A stretch of DNA of 64,000 nt from Schizochytrium sp. TIO01 (taxonomy: Eukaryota; Protista; Bigyra: Labyrinthulomycetes), in the NCBI GenBank assembly GCA_004764695.1, contig SMSO01000033.1, forward strand, positions 806,001 to 870,000, given 5' to 3'. The number at the start of each line of letters is the position of its first letter. The stretch's first letter is position 1. The translations under genes and the position numbers were made by a program. Shown here piece after piece: positions 33,689-44,609 of this stretch. A model generated the notes under the pieces. It ran no database searches and had not been told where the DNA came from. It saw only the letters and a program-made list of their open reading frames with translations.

Positions 33689-36364
33689 TCATTGGCGTTG
33701 AGGTTCGACAACAAACTTTGGTCTCGGGTCTTTAGACTTGGGTTTTCGAGGCGAGGACTTCTTTGGAGATGCAACTCGCTGACGCAAGGACTCGAGCCTC
33801 TCCGCGTTACTTGTATGGCGCAAATCGGCGGCACCACTGGCCCCAGTAGCCAAAAATTTACTGTGCCGTGGTGAATTACTTTGAGCTGCGCTATAAAGTT
33901 TGATCCCAGATTCTGGAGGCCGAGGCTTAGCACCAGAAGCACGTGCAGCAGTCAAAGCTTTTTCAAAATTGGAGTAAATATCCTTTCCAGCATATAAATC
34001 ATTATCTTGACGCCCGGTAATCTCAGTGTGCAGATGGAGCATGTTTGCCTTTTCATAAGACCCAAAGTGATTACTCTTATGTTTCTCAGCAATGGGCAAT
34101 CGAAATGTACCATCTGCATAGGCTGCTGACAGCTGTTTGAACTTTTGAAGGTATTTCATACCTCGTGCTAGCTCTAGAACTTCAGCACGATCAACTAGCT
34201 CTTCTCTGCCATCCAACACTGCTTGAATGTTGGACGGGGCCTGGAACTTTACCTTAGCTTCATTTTTCTTCGACCTTTTGCTCTCACTCGTGTTAAGGTT
34301 TTCTGTGTGCTCATGCTCAACTTGCTCTCTTGTTTCGTCATTCGCAAGATTTTGCGAGCCCGTATATTCTTTTGCATGCTCACCATCCAGAACCTGCTGC
34401 AGGGTTGCGAGTGCATGCCGAAGACTCCTAGGATCGATTTCCTTCTCGCCTCCCCGGGAAGACTCTGTGTTTGATGTTGCTAAAGAGGAATATCTATCAT
34501 TAGAACCAACATTTGAATTTTCATCTGTGCGAAAGGCAGATCGGATACGAGAAAATAAAACTCGAGAGAACGTGCGGACCATGTCGGTAAGCTCCTGTTC
34601 TCGAGCCTGTTTGAGCGAAAGTGCACGATCAAGCTGCTGCTGCTGTAATATGTTCTTCTGTTCAACTAATTTGTGCTGTTTTACAATGAACTCATAATGC
34701 CCCATTAGTTTATTATATTTTGCTTTCAGCGAAGCTGTCTCCAAAGACAGTCGCTTGACAAGGTTTGGGAGCGTCTCTGCACCCTCACCCTTTACCTTAA
34801 TTTTCAGTCGAACAATACGGTGCCTTAAATCTTGTTTTTCCTGGTTGAGTTTCTCCTGGGCACGATGTGCAGTTTCCAAAAGATCTTGGATACCTTGTAT
34901 CTCCTTCGCATGTTTTTGGTCACGCTGTGCAAGTTGATCAAGTCTCCTCTGATTTAGTTCATTGGCTTCTCGTAAGCGGTCGTCAGCTTTTGCCAAACTT
35001 TCCTTCAATTTGGCATGTGTCATCGCGCTCGCATCCAGTTGTTTATGCAAGCTGGCAATTGCGTCTCGCTGTTCCATCTCTGTGCGTTGACGCATTGCTT
35101 GCAGGTCGTCTGCATGAGATCTTCGAAGTTGTTCAATCTCTTGCTCATGTTTGATGAGGATGGCCTGTAAATCAGTACCCTCAATGAGGTTCATAATCTT
35201 CGCGTCCTTTGCGGTCATCATAGTATCAAAGTGTTGATCTTTCGCTTTGATGATATATTTAATCTCCTCTTCGTATTTGGCAGATTGCATACGCAATTTA
35301 TCCTCCCATTTGGTAACTTCTGTCATGAAAAGGTACTCTGCTGTTTGCCTGTATTCTTCAAACTGAGTTTGCAACGCCTTAACAACCTCGCGTTGCTCTC
35401 TTAAAAGCTGCTGTTTATCTTCAAATTGCATAATCTTGAGATTGTCCAACTGTTGCTTTAGCTTGTTGTAATCTTCCACTTTAGCTTTGCGATCCTGATT
35501 CCACTCCGCTCGTACGAGTTCAGCGTGTTCTTCGTATTCGACTTTAAGTTCCTCGAGGAGTTTTTGGTGAGCCAGTAAGGAAGCGTGCATTTCACCTTGG
35601 ATGCGATTGCTGTTTTCGGCCAGCAAAAGCACTTGGCGCGTTGATCTATTTTTTTCTCTTCGAGCTGCATTCATATCAGACTTTTGCTTGCCGATGAGTT
35701 TAGCTTCCGTCTGCAAGCTGCCAAGAATATCATCTTTGTTTGCCAATGAATCTCGAAGCTCCGCCTCTACAACACGCATATCTCGAATCTCTTCAAAGAG
35801 TCTCGTACACTCATCCTCAAACTCATAAGCTACAGATTTAACACTTTCCAAAGACTCTTCAAGTCCTTCAATTCGCAAGTTTTGGCGGTCGATTTCTTCT
35901 CTAGCTTGTGCCTCTCGGATTTTCCTGTCATCTACATCTTGAACAAGTGCCTCCTTCTCAAATATTGTTTTGTCAAGGAGTGCTTGCAACTTATGAACCT
36001 CATGTTGCTCATGATCTAACTGTTTGCGAAGGTTCTCAATTGTCGCCTGTGGCCCTGCATTTTGACCAAATCCATTCTCGCCACCTTGATGGTCCACACG
36101 TAGTTTCCTATATTTAATTTTGAGCTCTCGCAGCTCGTCCTCAGTGTCTTTCAGGAGTACGCCTTGACTGTCATATTTTAGCTGTAGCTCTCGTAGCTGG
36201 CCCACAGCTGCATTTACTTGCTGATATAGTCTTTGCTGAAGGGCAGATCCCAGTCCTTCCCCATCGTCGTGCTGCTGCATTTCAAAACCCCGGCAAAAGT
36301 CATCAAGACTACTTTGCTTCTTCTTATGTCCTCTTGCAGAGGAATCGCGCGGTGTTGGCACCAA
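33689..36364 (-). CDS. Uncharacterised long coiled-coil protein (first ATG at 36280; true start uncertain)
   Basis: 891-codon ORF with extensive heptad pattern; no enzyme motif. Confidence 0.8.
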   Translation of the reverse strand: MVPTPRDSSARGHKKKQSSLDDFCRGFEMQQHDDGEGLGSALQQRLYQQVNAAVGQLRELQLKYDSQGVLLKDTEDELRELKIKYRKLRVDHQGGENGFGQNAGPQATIENLRKQLDHEQHEVHKLQALLDKTIFEKEALVQDVDDRKIREAQAREEIDRQNLRIEGLEESLESVKSVAYEFEDECTRLFEEIRDMRVVEAELRDSLANKDDILGSLQTEAKLIGKQKSDMNAARREKNRSTRQVLLLAENSNRIQGEMHASLLAHQKLLEELKVEYEEHAELVRAEWNQDRKAKVEDYNKLKQQLDNLKIMQFEDKQQLLREQREVVKALQTQFEEYRQTAEYLFMTEVTKWEDKLRMQSAKYEEEIKYIIKAKDQHFDTMMTAKDAKIMNLIEGTDLQAILIKHEQEIEQLRRSHADDLQAMRQRTEMEQRDAIASLHKQLDASAMTHAKLKESLAKADDRLREANELNQRRLDQLAQRDQKHAKEIQGIQDLLETAHRAQEKLNQEKQDLRHRIVRLKIKVKGEGAETLPNLVKRLSLETASLKAKYNKLMGHYEFIVKQHKLVEQKNILQQQQLDRALSLKQAREQELTDMVRTFSRVLFSRIRSAFRTDENSNVGSNDRYSSLATSNTESSRGGEKEIDPRSLRHALATLQQVLDGEHAKEYTGSQNLANDETREQVEHEHTENLNTSESKRSKKNEAKVKFQAPSNIQAVLDGREELVDRAEVLELARGMKYLQKFKQLSAAYADGTFRLPIAEKHKSNHFGSYEKANMLHLHTEITGRQDNDLYAGKDIYSNFEKALTAARASGAKPRPPESGIKLYSAAQSNSPRHSKFLATGASGAADLRHTSNAERLESLRQRVASPKKSSPRKPKSKDPRPKFVVEPQRQ

Positions 36365-37054
36365 GGCTCGGGCTGTAGCCGTCCCTTTGCCAGGTATTTA
36401 TGAAGAAAGACCGCTGGCCCAAGGAATAGTAAGTCACTTATGGGCTAGAACAAAATTGTTAAGTAGGTAGATAATACCCTACTACCAGCTAAAGGTGAAA
36501 AGGTCATTAATAACCTCACCAAGGCTTTCTCAACGGTAACACTATATGTATAGTATATATGTATAGTTTATTCATAGGCTTGCTTCAAAACAAAGTTAAG
36601 AATAATAACAATGTTTCTAAAAAGCACATGGAATCCTTCTTGCCAACGAGTCAGCATCATTGTGCAATAATAATCATTCTTATCAATGGTAAATGTTATA
36701 AATCAATTTACATATTCTAGTATGTTTGAAAGAAAGCAAAGGCATGAATTCCTATTTACCCAAATCAGGGGGGGGCGGAATATGTTGCCATGGTCTCTCA
36801 TTTGCAGACGAAAGATGATAAAACAATGTACCTCAGCTTTATTTAATTTTAATTTTATTTTATTTTCTCTATAGTAGTAAGACAAGAGTACTTCGCCTAC
36901 TGCAGGTTGAGTTTTGAAACATGTTCAGTAATTTACTTCCCGGTATGTGGCATTCTGGTTTGCGGGATTATAAGCTCTGCTACTTTGCAGGGCTTGCATG
37001 AAAGCAAACATGTTGTCTCACTGACATAGCCAACTTCATGTGCAGACCTGCAAG

Positions 37055-38983
37055 TTAATTTGATTTCTTAACCTTGGGATCAAGGGGAGTCGGGGGTGGC
37101 GGGATAACAGGTCCATCAAAGCTGGGAAGCTGGGAGAACTTGACTTTGGCAATTGCAGAGTTGATAAGCTCAGGAAACTCCTTGATAAGATCGCGGAAGA
37201 GTTCCCATGACAAAAGTGGTTCACCATCTTCGTTGGTTTTAGCACCATTCATTTTTGCCCTTTGGAACATATCCTCAATAGCCGTTTCGACGGTTGTTGC
37301 GTCGGTATATGCACCTCCAGAAGAGATTTCTAGCAGATCTCGAATATCTTCACCAGATACAAGGCCGTCCTTGTCAGTATCAAATATACGAAAAGCAAGT
37401 TTCGCTTTCTCTTCGTTTGAGGTTTTAGGTGAAGTCAGAGCCATAGAAAGTACAAGATCTCTGAAGTTGATTGCGCCAGAGTTATCGCGGTCGCAGAAAT
37501 CAAAGAATAGCTTTGATAAGTCAGACTCAGGAGGGGTACCAGTAGCCTTGCAAAATTCATCGTAGCTGATTGTGCCATCATCGTTCGTATCAAACCCTTC
37601 GAAAACTTTGAGCGCATTTTTTATTTCACTGAGGGGAGATCCCGACCCACCGAATATATCCTTGATCTCCTTCACTTGCAAGCCATGAAGGCGGACATCA
37701 TCAATATGCTTTCGTTTCTCAAGTGGTGCGAGCACATGTTTTGCCTGGCGACGATCGAGAGCGGCTTGGAAGAGTTTGCAATCCTCGAAGTAGTGATCGG
37801 TCATCTGAGCGCCAAGTTCGCGAGCAATTTCTTCGCGAACTGTATTGGCAAAAATCGTTGGATCTTCCTTCTCTTCTGGAGTCGGGTAGTGAACAGGTAG
37901 AAAAGTAACCTCCATATGTTGCACGAATTGTGTCCAATGACGGCGATGGAAATAGTCTTTCTTGCGCGTACAAACATAGGCCGGATTGAAGTAGCGATGC
38001 GGATACTTGATTGCCACCGGTTGCACAGGAAGCCCGGGCAAGAAGGCCCCCCGCTGGAACATAGTCACGCAATCGTCCTTGGTGCAAGTGCCCTGCGGGA
38101 AGATGAGGACTTGAGGGAAGCGTTTAGAGAGGTCTGGATTTGTGTGTGACTTTGCGAAAAGGTCCAGGATACGTTTAGTTTCATCACGACCCTCTTTTGA
38201 TTCACGGGCGACTGGGATAACCTGTAGACCCCGCATGATGCGACCAAGAAGAGGTTTCTTAAACAGCTCAGCCTTGGCCACAGCGCTTGGCATGGTAAGC
38301 CAGTACATGACTAAGGCATCAAATAGTGAGCAATGATTGGGCGTAAAGAAAGCGGCATCCATGGACGGCTTGCCCTTAATTTTGATGTGATAAAACCCAA
38401 GCAAAAAGAGAGCCGCACGACACAGCCACGCTACTGGTACAAGAAGAAGTCTGCGCCACCTAGGAAATGGTTTCTCATAGCATTCTTTCTTATTTAGGCC
38501 CAGATTCGCTAGTGACGAAAACATGAGCACTAGAAATAGAATGATCATGAAGATCACAAATCTCACGAGCGCAATTCCACTCGCAAACATGAAGACCATT
38601 TTGGCCAGCTCGTATGGAGTCACCGGCGTGTCATACTCAAAGGGGTTGTACTCATGCTCATCTTCACCCTCGATAGTCTCCTCTTCTTGCCCACGTTCCT
38701 GCGCAAACTCCCGATTGCCATATGCTGAGACATTTTGCATATGAGTATCCTTATTCTTTTGGGCTGCTCGAAGCTCCGCCTCGCGTTCTTTGCGGTGTGC
38801 CTTGGCTGCATCACTTGGCAGAGGAGGAGCGTGCGTAGGCAACGGCTTGGGGACAGAATCATGATGATGTAGAGATCTCCTCCGCGTCGCAGAGGTCGAA
38901 TTCGTACTCATGTTTACTGCTCCTGTTGCTGCGGCGCCACTAGGCCCCTCCTGGGCCGCTTCGGACTCGCGTCCCATGGCCAT
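37055..38983 (-). CDS. LPCAT: Lysophospholipid acyltransferase, LPCAT1/2 type (PlsC domain + EF-hands)
   Basis: N-terminal TM segment; motif I NHCSLFD, motif III FPQGT, FQRGAFLPGLPVQPV; EF-hands DTNDDGTISYDE, DRDNSGAINFRD, DTDKDGLVSGED. Confidence 0.9.
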   Translation of the reverse strand: MAMGRESEAAQEGPSGAAATGAVNMSTNSTSATRRRSLHHHDSVPKPLPTHAPPLPSDAAKAHRKEREAELRAAQKNKDTHMQNVSAYGNREFAQERGQEEETIEGEDEHEYNPFEYDTPVTPYELAKMVFMFASGIALVRFVIFMIILFLVLMFSSLANLGLNKKECYEKPFPRWRRLLLVPVAWLCRAALFLLGFYHIKIKGKPSMDAAFFTPNHCSLFDALVMYWLTMPSAVAKAELFKKPLLGRIMRGLQVIPVARESKEGRDETKRILDLFAKSHTNPDLSKRFPQVLIFPQGTCTKDDCVTMFQRGAFLPGLPVQPVAIKYPHRYFNPAYVCTRKKDYFHRRHWTQFVQHMEVTFLPVHYPTPEEKEDPTIFANTVREEIARELGAQMTDHYFEDCKLFQAALDRRQAKHVLAPLEKRKHIDDVRLHGLQVKEIKDIFGGSGSPLSEIKNALKVFEGFDTNDDGTISYDEFCKATGTPPESDLSKLFFDFCDRDNSGAINFRDLVLSMALTSPKTSNEEKAKLAFRIFDTDKDGLVSGEDIRDLLEISSGGAYTDATTVETAIEDMFQRAKMNGAKTNEDGEPLLSWELFRDLIKEFPELINSAIAKVKFSQLPSFDGPVIPPPPTPLDPKVKKSN

Positions 38984-39347
38984 CAGAACCGAAGGAGAAA
39001 CTTTGCCGCTAGCAGACCTTCTCGTGCCAGCTTTCTCAGCAAGTAAAACCAGTAGCAGCAGGCACTATGTCTTTTGTTGTGGCGATAATCTCTCGAGCCG
39101 CCCGCAGAGCAGACCTGCTGCTGCTGGGAGTGAAATGATTTGAATCAATTTTGCTCGTTCATCTGAAATGAAATGAATAGTCGAATGAACGATTTATCCA
39201 ACACGAAGCTCAGGTCCTCTAGATACCATAAACTATAGGACTTGGGCGGTCGTCCTATGCACGCATAGTACCCAGTAGGGGTTAGTAGCAAGAACTGTTG
39301 TACATGAAGGATTAGTCGTAAGGCACCCGACGTGGAACAAAATATTA

Positions 39348-39844
39348 CACATCATTGCCTTGGACCTGGGAGTTCGCTCATTTCAGATCATGTACGACGC
39401 CATGTGGCTGTTTTGGCTTGTGTTTTCTACCCAAACTGAAGACTCAAACTCAGTACCTTGACTAGTGCGAGTGGTATAACCCTGATGACCGAGCCTTTGC
39501 ATGGAGACAAAAACCAAAGTCTTCTCTGTCGCCGTACCGACACAATTCAAGGTAAACAGGCTCAAAAGAATAAAGACAAAACTGCCTTGAGACGTGCATA
39601 CCTACGCGCACTCCTTAAGATTAAGAACAAAACTCCCGAGATTCACCGCAAGCTTGCTCTTTGGTTCTGTGAAAACTACTGTGTTATCCTGTTGCCTAGA
39701 TTTTGAAGCCTCTCAGATCGTCACCACGTGGACAAGACGGGTCAAAAGCAAGATAACTCCAATAGAGCGTCGTTGAGGGCACACTAGCTTCTGCCAAGCG
39801 CTTATTCCTAAAGCCGAGCTTCCCCCTGGTGTAGACTTGTTATT
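39348..39844 (+). pseudogene. Decayed Fanzor2/TnpB-like nuclease fragment (RuvC-I to just before the Zn finger), IS607-type element relic
   Basis: Across frameshifts: HIIALDLGVRSFQIMYD (39348-39398; cf. IALDPGVRTF..YD), LRRAYLRALLKIKNKTPEIHRKLALWFCENYCVILLPRF/EASQIV, RRVKSKI....*GHTSFCQALIPKAE, PWCRLVI; 52/66 nt identical to 59566-59631 by manual alignment. Confidence 0.85.
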
Positions 39845-41277
39845 GCTCTCTCAGAATTTAATTTGATAGATCAGGCTGTTTGCAATGACTTGATCTGGAT
39901 AGACTTTCTAAGTCACGTTGAATACCTAAAGAAGAGTGGAAAATGCAATTTGATCACCAGGGAATTACTTTTTACATGTATAAGCTTTATGAAGATAGTA
40001 ATAGAATATAAATAATTAGGGAAAAGGCTGTGCAACTGCATCGAAAGGTTTACTCTATCTTGCTTCTTCATGAGTACTCCTGTTTGAAGCTTACACAACT
40101 ATATCGTTGTGCATTCTCTTTGTTGAAGTGCCTGCCTAACCATTTTCTTTCTGTCAGTGTCCTGGTCCTTTGGTAATGCTCCTCTTTCTCTGTTTGACCT
40201 TTCTATTCCTTAGTTCCGATCGGGTGGTGGAGTGTATTGTTACATAAGTGATCTGTTCTTGATCAATATTACATGTTTACTACAAAAATAATGGGAAACC
40301 CCACGATCAGAAATGCTCTTTTTTGCTTGCAATTTTGAGTAGGATAATTGTTTCTGCTACGTTCATGGTAAATGAACTAAAGCATGAAATAAACAGCATC
40401 GTTCGTTACATGATACTGTGACCGTGCTTTGGATTAAGAATAAATAGCCTTCACTCGTCTAAATGTTGAACATTTGAATGCCTTATTTTTAGCTAAATGA
40501 GAACAGAACGATCAAGGAATAGCGTTTTTCAGTAGCACAGAAAACTGAAGTATATGTAAATGTAGTCCAAAGGCACTTGTAGGTAGTAGCAAAGTTGTCT
40601 CAGAACCAAAAAAGAAAAAGAGCGTTAGTAAAAGTGGGGAAGAACAGAACATGCATGTAAGTAGTATTTATTAGTATATCTGTTCTGTATTTAGAATAGA
40701 ACAATTTTTAACTTTTATATATATTTTTGTTCTTTTAGAGAAATAAAATAATAAAAAGTTCATACTACGACTTGTTCTTTTATTTTTTTATTTTTTAAAT
40801 TTAAAATGTAATCATGTGGATTCCTCTGAGACGCCCTACAATGTAATTGCTCCGTAGAGCTCCCCCCCCCAAAGACTAGCAATGGAAGCACTAAGTACGC
40901 ACACTTCAGAAAAGCACATTAAGGCTTAACTATTTTGTTTTGAACCAGCTTTACTACGACTATTATGTACTTTTGGACTCTGCGTTTACTACCGAGAACA
41001 TCTTTCCTGATCTGTTCTGTTCTTCGTCAAAACTAAAATATTTATAGGAATAACCTTGACTCGTGAGGATTTCAAACCAAAGCATAGTCACAGTAATATG
41101 CAATGATTGAGACTGCTTCTTCATGCTTTAGTTTTAGAGCTCTTCATTCGCCGTGAACGTAATAGAAGCAATTATCCTACTGAAAATAAAAAATAAAAAG
41201 GTGCACTTGAGATCGTGGGGTTTCCTAACCTGAATATTGTATTTTCTTCCTCTCTTTTGGTTTCTTTCAACTCTGTG

Positions 41278-41316
41278 TATTTTTATTTTCTCTTTCTTTT
41301 GGCTTGGCGGTTGCAG
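41278..41316 (+). promoter_or_regulatory. Probable 3' splice site of a 5'-UTR intron upstream of GCP4
   Basis: Long polypyrimidine tract ending in TTGCAG, 57 nt before the conserved ATG at 41373; matching donor not identified. Confidence 0.35.
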
Positions 41317-41372
41317 AAGACAAGTTCGAAAGCCCGCAAAATCTCAAGCTTGTCAGCTCTTCAAAAGTGCCG

Positions 41373-44300
41373 ATGCTGCACGAGGTTCTCTTGGCACTCC
41401 TCGGCCACGAGGGTTCTCTTATATCCCTCCACGTTGGCCGTCTCAACCGTCGTCGTGCTCCCAAAGCGTCGCTTCTCCACGGAGGTCACACTGGCGACCT
41501 CGTCAAACATCTCAGCGACGCCAACGGCGACGTGCAAAGTGGCTCTGAAAATGAATCTGAGATTGCCAACACCGATGGTGATGTTGGCGATGACGAATAC
41601 GGTGTATACGCTCGCGTGAGTCGCCTGCTTGTGCCTTCAGCCTTGTCTGGGGCCGAGGCAGCTGCTCTCGAAGCATTAGCGAGGCAAGGCGCCTTGCGTT
41701 TGGCTCTCGAGGACTTCGTGCAGGGTGTGGAATCTTCGCAGGTGGCTTCCCAGGATGGAGGCTCACTCGTGCTGAGGGCCTTGTGCGAGGGAGTTCAGGA
41801 TACACTAGCTTGGCAGCATGCCAAGGTCGCCGAGGTCGAAGAAGAGGCTCGGCGCACTTCTGGGATGACAATTTCTAGGGTGAGATATCTCATGCAAGAC
41901 TCAGAGACTGTTCTCGACAGAGTGTACGTGTTGTGCTGCGAGATTGAAAAAAAGGATCTCAAAGGAGGCCAGGTGCTTGAGATTGTGCACGAGATGCTCG
42001 CCAGGTGCGGTGTGCAGGCGGTACGAGAGCGCCTCGCGAAAATTCTTAGAACGTGCGTGAGGGTGCTGCTTAACCTCGTCGAGGCTTGGACAGTGCATGG
42101 TATTTTACTAGATAGAGCTCACGAATTCTTTGTGCAGGAAAGGACTCACAAAGTACATGTTCCGGGCCAGTATGCATCAGGACTCGAGGATATGGACGAA
42201 TGGGCAGACTCAAGAGGACACCATCCACTCATTGCAGAGTACGAATGGAAGTCGCGATTTCGGATTCGGGAGGCTATGCTTCCAACCTCGTTCTTCCCCC
42301 GAGACCTTGCAGACCTCGTGCTGTTTGTGGGCAAAGCAACACGAGTCCTGCGCCGATCCCAGCTCATGACTTCAGATTCACAAGATTCAGCTTCATTATC
42401 ATTATCACTATTATCATCTACAGCAAATTCATCTTCAGAAGAAGAGGATAAAGAGGATGGCAAGAAAACAAACCATGGTCAAATGGCTTTGCAAGGATAT
42501 CTGGATGCCTTGCATCAAGCCCGCGAACGCGACCAACTCGACATGGTCTTTGTGACGCAGGCGATTCGCAGTTATTACAAGGCCGTAGCCAGGGACCTGC
42601 AAAACCTTGTCGTGAACCATTCAGGGCTTAAGGAGCACCTCTCCTTCACGCGGGACTTCTTTTTATTGGGTCAGGGTGCCTTCTATTCATTCTTTATTGA
42701 GCTAAGCCGATCTCTCTTCGCTTCGGACCCTCGCGCCGCTCTGCCTCAAGCTGAGGCCGCCGTTAACAGCGGGCCATGGCGAGAGGCTGCTGAACAACTT
42801 GGCAGTGATGCATGGCCAAATATCCAGGAGCGTCTCTTTAAACAGCTTCGCATTGTTCTACTACGTCCTCGCGTGGATTTTCGCGCAGGTTTTGGCCAGG
42901 CACACCATGTTCCTGTTGGCACATCGCTTGCAGATTCCTCCTCTGCAAACCTTCGTCATTTTCACAACCATCGAAACCACCAAAATCAAAGCATGGACTC
43001 CGCTTCTGTGGTTTCCTCACGAACTCGCCGTTCCCTGTATTCCGGTAGCGCTGCAAGTTCTTCAACTACTGAACCTCACGCAAGTTCATCTGGCCGCGGA
43101 TCCCTTTCAGACCTTGTTCTTGTAGGACCTAGCTCAATTCGAGGTAATGCTATTGCCGTTGAAGGTACGAGCGGAGGTCTCTGGCACGGCCGCAAGTTGC
43201 CCGTGGAGCGCGGTTTCCAAACCTCTGTAACCTTTAGGCATAGAGTCAATGACGAAGACACGCTCAACCAAAATGTAAACCACATACGACCTCACGATAA
43301 CAACAATATCGCACCGGACTTTGAGGTTGCCATCTGCGTTCAGCATGATGCAAGTTTGGGCCCTACTGCGTTATGTGCTCTAGATGACGCCGTGGACCTT
43401 GACCACCAGGCGCACCTGAACTCTGATCAATCACGAACTGCCTACGGAGGGCTCCGCAATAGCGTTTCATTCGTAGCAAGGGTAGCCGCAGATCTTTCGG
43501 CTGTGCGGGTGATGGTCTGTCGCGAGGGCGAGACGCTCTTTGCTAGCGATCCTCGAGAACTAGTGCATATGGAGGGGTTACAAGAAAGAACACATCGTAT
43601 GAACGTCGCATACAAACTGCAAGGGCAAGACCGCGTGAAGATGGTGGCGGAGATCGACCTCCGCGACGACGATGACCACGTGTTGGCACAGGTGAAGGTG
43701 CCGCTAGAGATTGGTGCCGAGATGCAACTGGAGCGCGGTAGTGGCAGGGCGTGGGTTGGCGTGCTACTCACAGGACCTGGCAAGGTTCTTGCGTGGTTCT
43801 TGAGCGCCGATGAGGCCGGAGACAAATCTCGCGCCGAGTACGACCCGTGGAGGTCGCTCTTAAATCTGCACATGCATGTTGAGTGGCCGCTACACCTCGT
43901 TCTGACGCAGAACGCGCTTGACCAGTACGGTATGCTATTTAGGTTCATGCTGTGTCTGCGTCGTGTGGAGACCGCGCTCAAGGAAGCCTGGGCAGCACTC
44001 AATCAGACACAGTTCAAGGGCGTAGTACTACGAGGTGACTCCGCACAGACAGCTCGCCTCATGACACTCTGGCGTTTGCGCTCAAGCATGGCATACCTCG
44101 TGAACAACCTACAATACCATCTGCAAGTGGACGTTGTGGACGCCCTGCACAAACAACTACTTGACCAAATCAAAACGGCATCGGATTTCCAACTTGTGGA
44201 GGAAGCTCATGAATCATTTATGGAGGCGCTTATCACGCGCTCCTTTCTGCACAATAAGGTTATTCGGAACACAATTGACACCGTTCTGCGCAGGTGTCTG

Positions 44301-44609
44301 CGTTTCTGCAGCCTTGTCGACCGCTTCGTTCGCCTTGAAGGCCTCAAGGCGGGCCAAGCATCAGGATCAGCAGCAACAGGATCACAACAACAGCGACTCG
44401 ATCCCGACAAATATGTGGAGCTGGATAAGGCCTTTGACGATCTGGCCGTATCATTCTCAAGGGATGCGACCTTCCTGTATGCTCTTCTCACACGCATCAA
44501 CTCTAACCTGCTCCTTCGCGTCGACTTCAATGGTTATTTCTCCAAACTCGCACAAGGTGACGTAAAGTACACAAAGAAAAAGCATCAATCAAATTCGTCG
44601 TCTTCTTGA
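41373..44609 (+). CDS. TUBGCP4: Gamma-tubulin complex component 4 (GRIP1/GRIP2) with an inserted lectin-like domain
   Basis: Start MLHEVLLALLG, W..HG.L.D.AHEFFV, LP......A..VLFVGKA, RDFFLLGQG, WPLHLV....L..Y..LFRF.L.LRRV, MAYLVNNLQYHLQVDVV, LLLRVDFNGYF. Confidence 0.92.
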   Translation: MLHEVLLALLGHEGSLISLHVGRLNRRRAPKASLLHGGHTGDLVKHLSDANGDVQSGSENESEIANTDGDVGDDEYGVYARVSRLLVPSALSGAEAAALEALARQGALRLALEDFVQGVESSQVASQDGGSLVLRALCEGVQDTLAWQHAKVAEVEEEARRTSGMTISRVRYLMQDSETVLDRVYVLCCEIEKKDLKGGQVLEIVHEMLARCGVQAVRERLAKILRTCVRVLLNLVEAWTVHGILLDRAHEFFVQERTHKVHVPGQYASGLEDMDEWADSRGHHPLIAEYEWKSRFRIREAMLPTSFFPRDLADLVLFVGKATRVLRRSQLMTSDSQDSASLSLSLLSSTANSSSEEEDKEDGKKTNHGQMALQGYLDALHQARERDQLDMVFVTQAIRSYYKAVARDLQNLVVNHSGLKEHLSFTRDFFLLGQGAFYSFFIELSRSLFASDPRAALPQAEAAVNSGPWREAAEQLGSDAWPNIQERLFKQLRIVLLRPRVDFRAGFGQAHHVPVGTSLADSSSANLRHFHNHRNHQNQSMDSASVVSSRTRRSLYSGSAASSSTTEPHASSSGRGSLSDLVLVGPSSIRGNAIAVEGTSGGLWHGRKLPVERGFQTSVTFRHRVNDEDTLNQNVNHIRPHDNNNIAPDFEVAICVQHDASLGPTALCALDDAVDLDHQAHLNSDQSRTAYGGLRNSVSFVARVAADLSAVRVMVCREGETLFASDPRELVHMEGLQERTHRMNVAYKLQGQDRVKMVAEIDLRDDDDHVLAQVKVPLEIGAEMQLERGSGRAWVGVLLTGPGKVLAWFLSADEAGDKSRAEYDPWRSLLNLHMHVEWPLHLVLTQNALDQYGMLFRFMLCLRRVETALKEAWAALNQTQFKGVVLRGDSAQTARLMTLWRLRSSMAYLVNNLQYHLQVDVVDALHKQLLDQIKTASDFQLVEEAHESFMEALITRSFLHNKVIRNTIDTVLRRCLRFCSLVDRFVRLEGLKAGQASGSAATGSQQQRLDPDKYVELDKAFDDLAVSFSRDATFLYALLTRINSNLLLRVDFNGYFSKLAQGDVKYTKKKHQSNSSSS

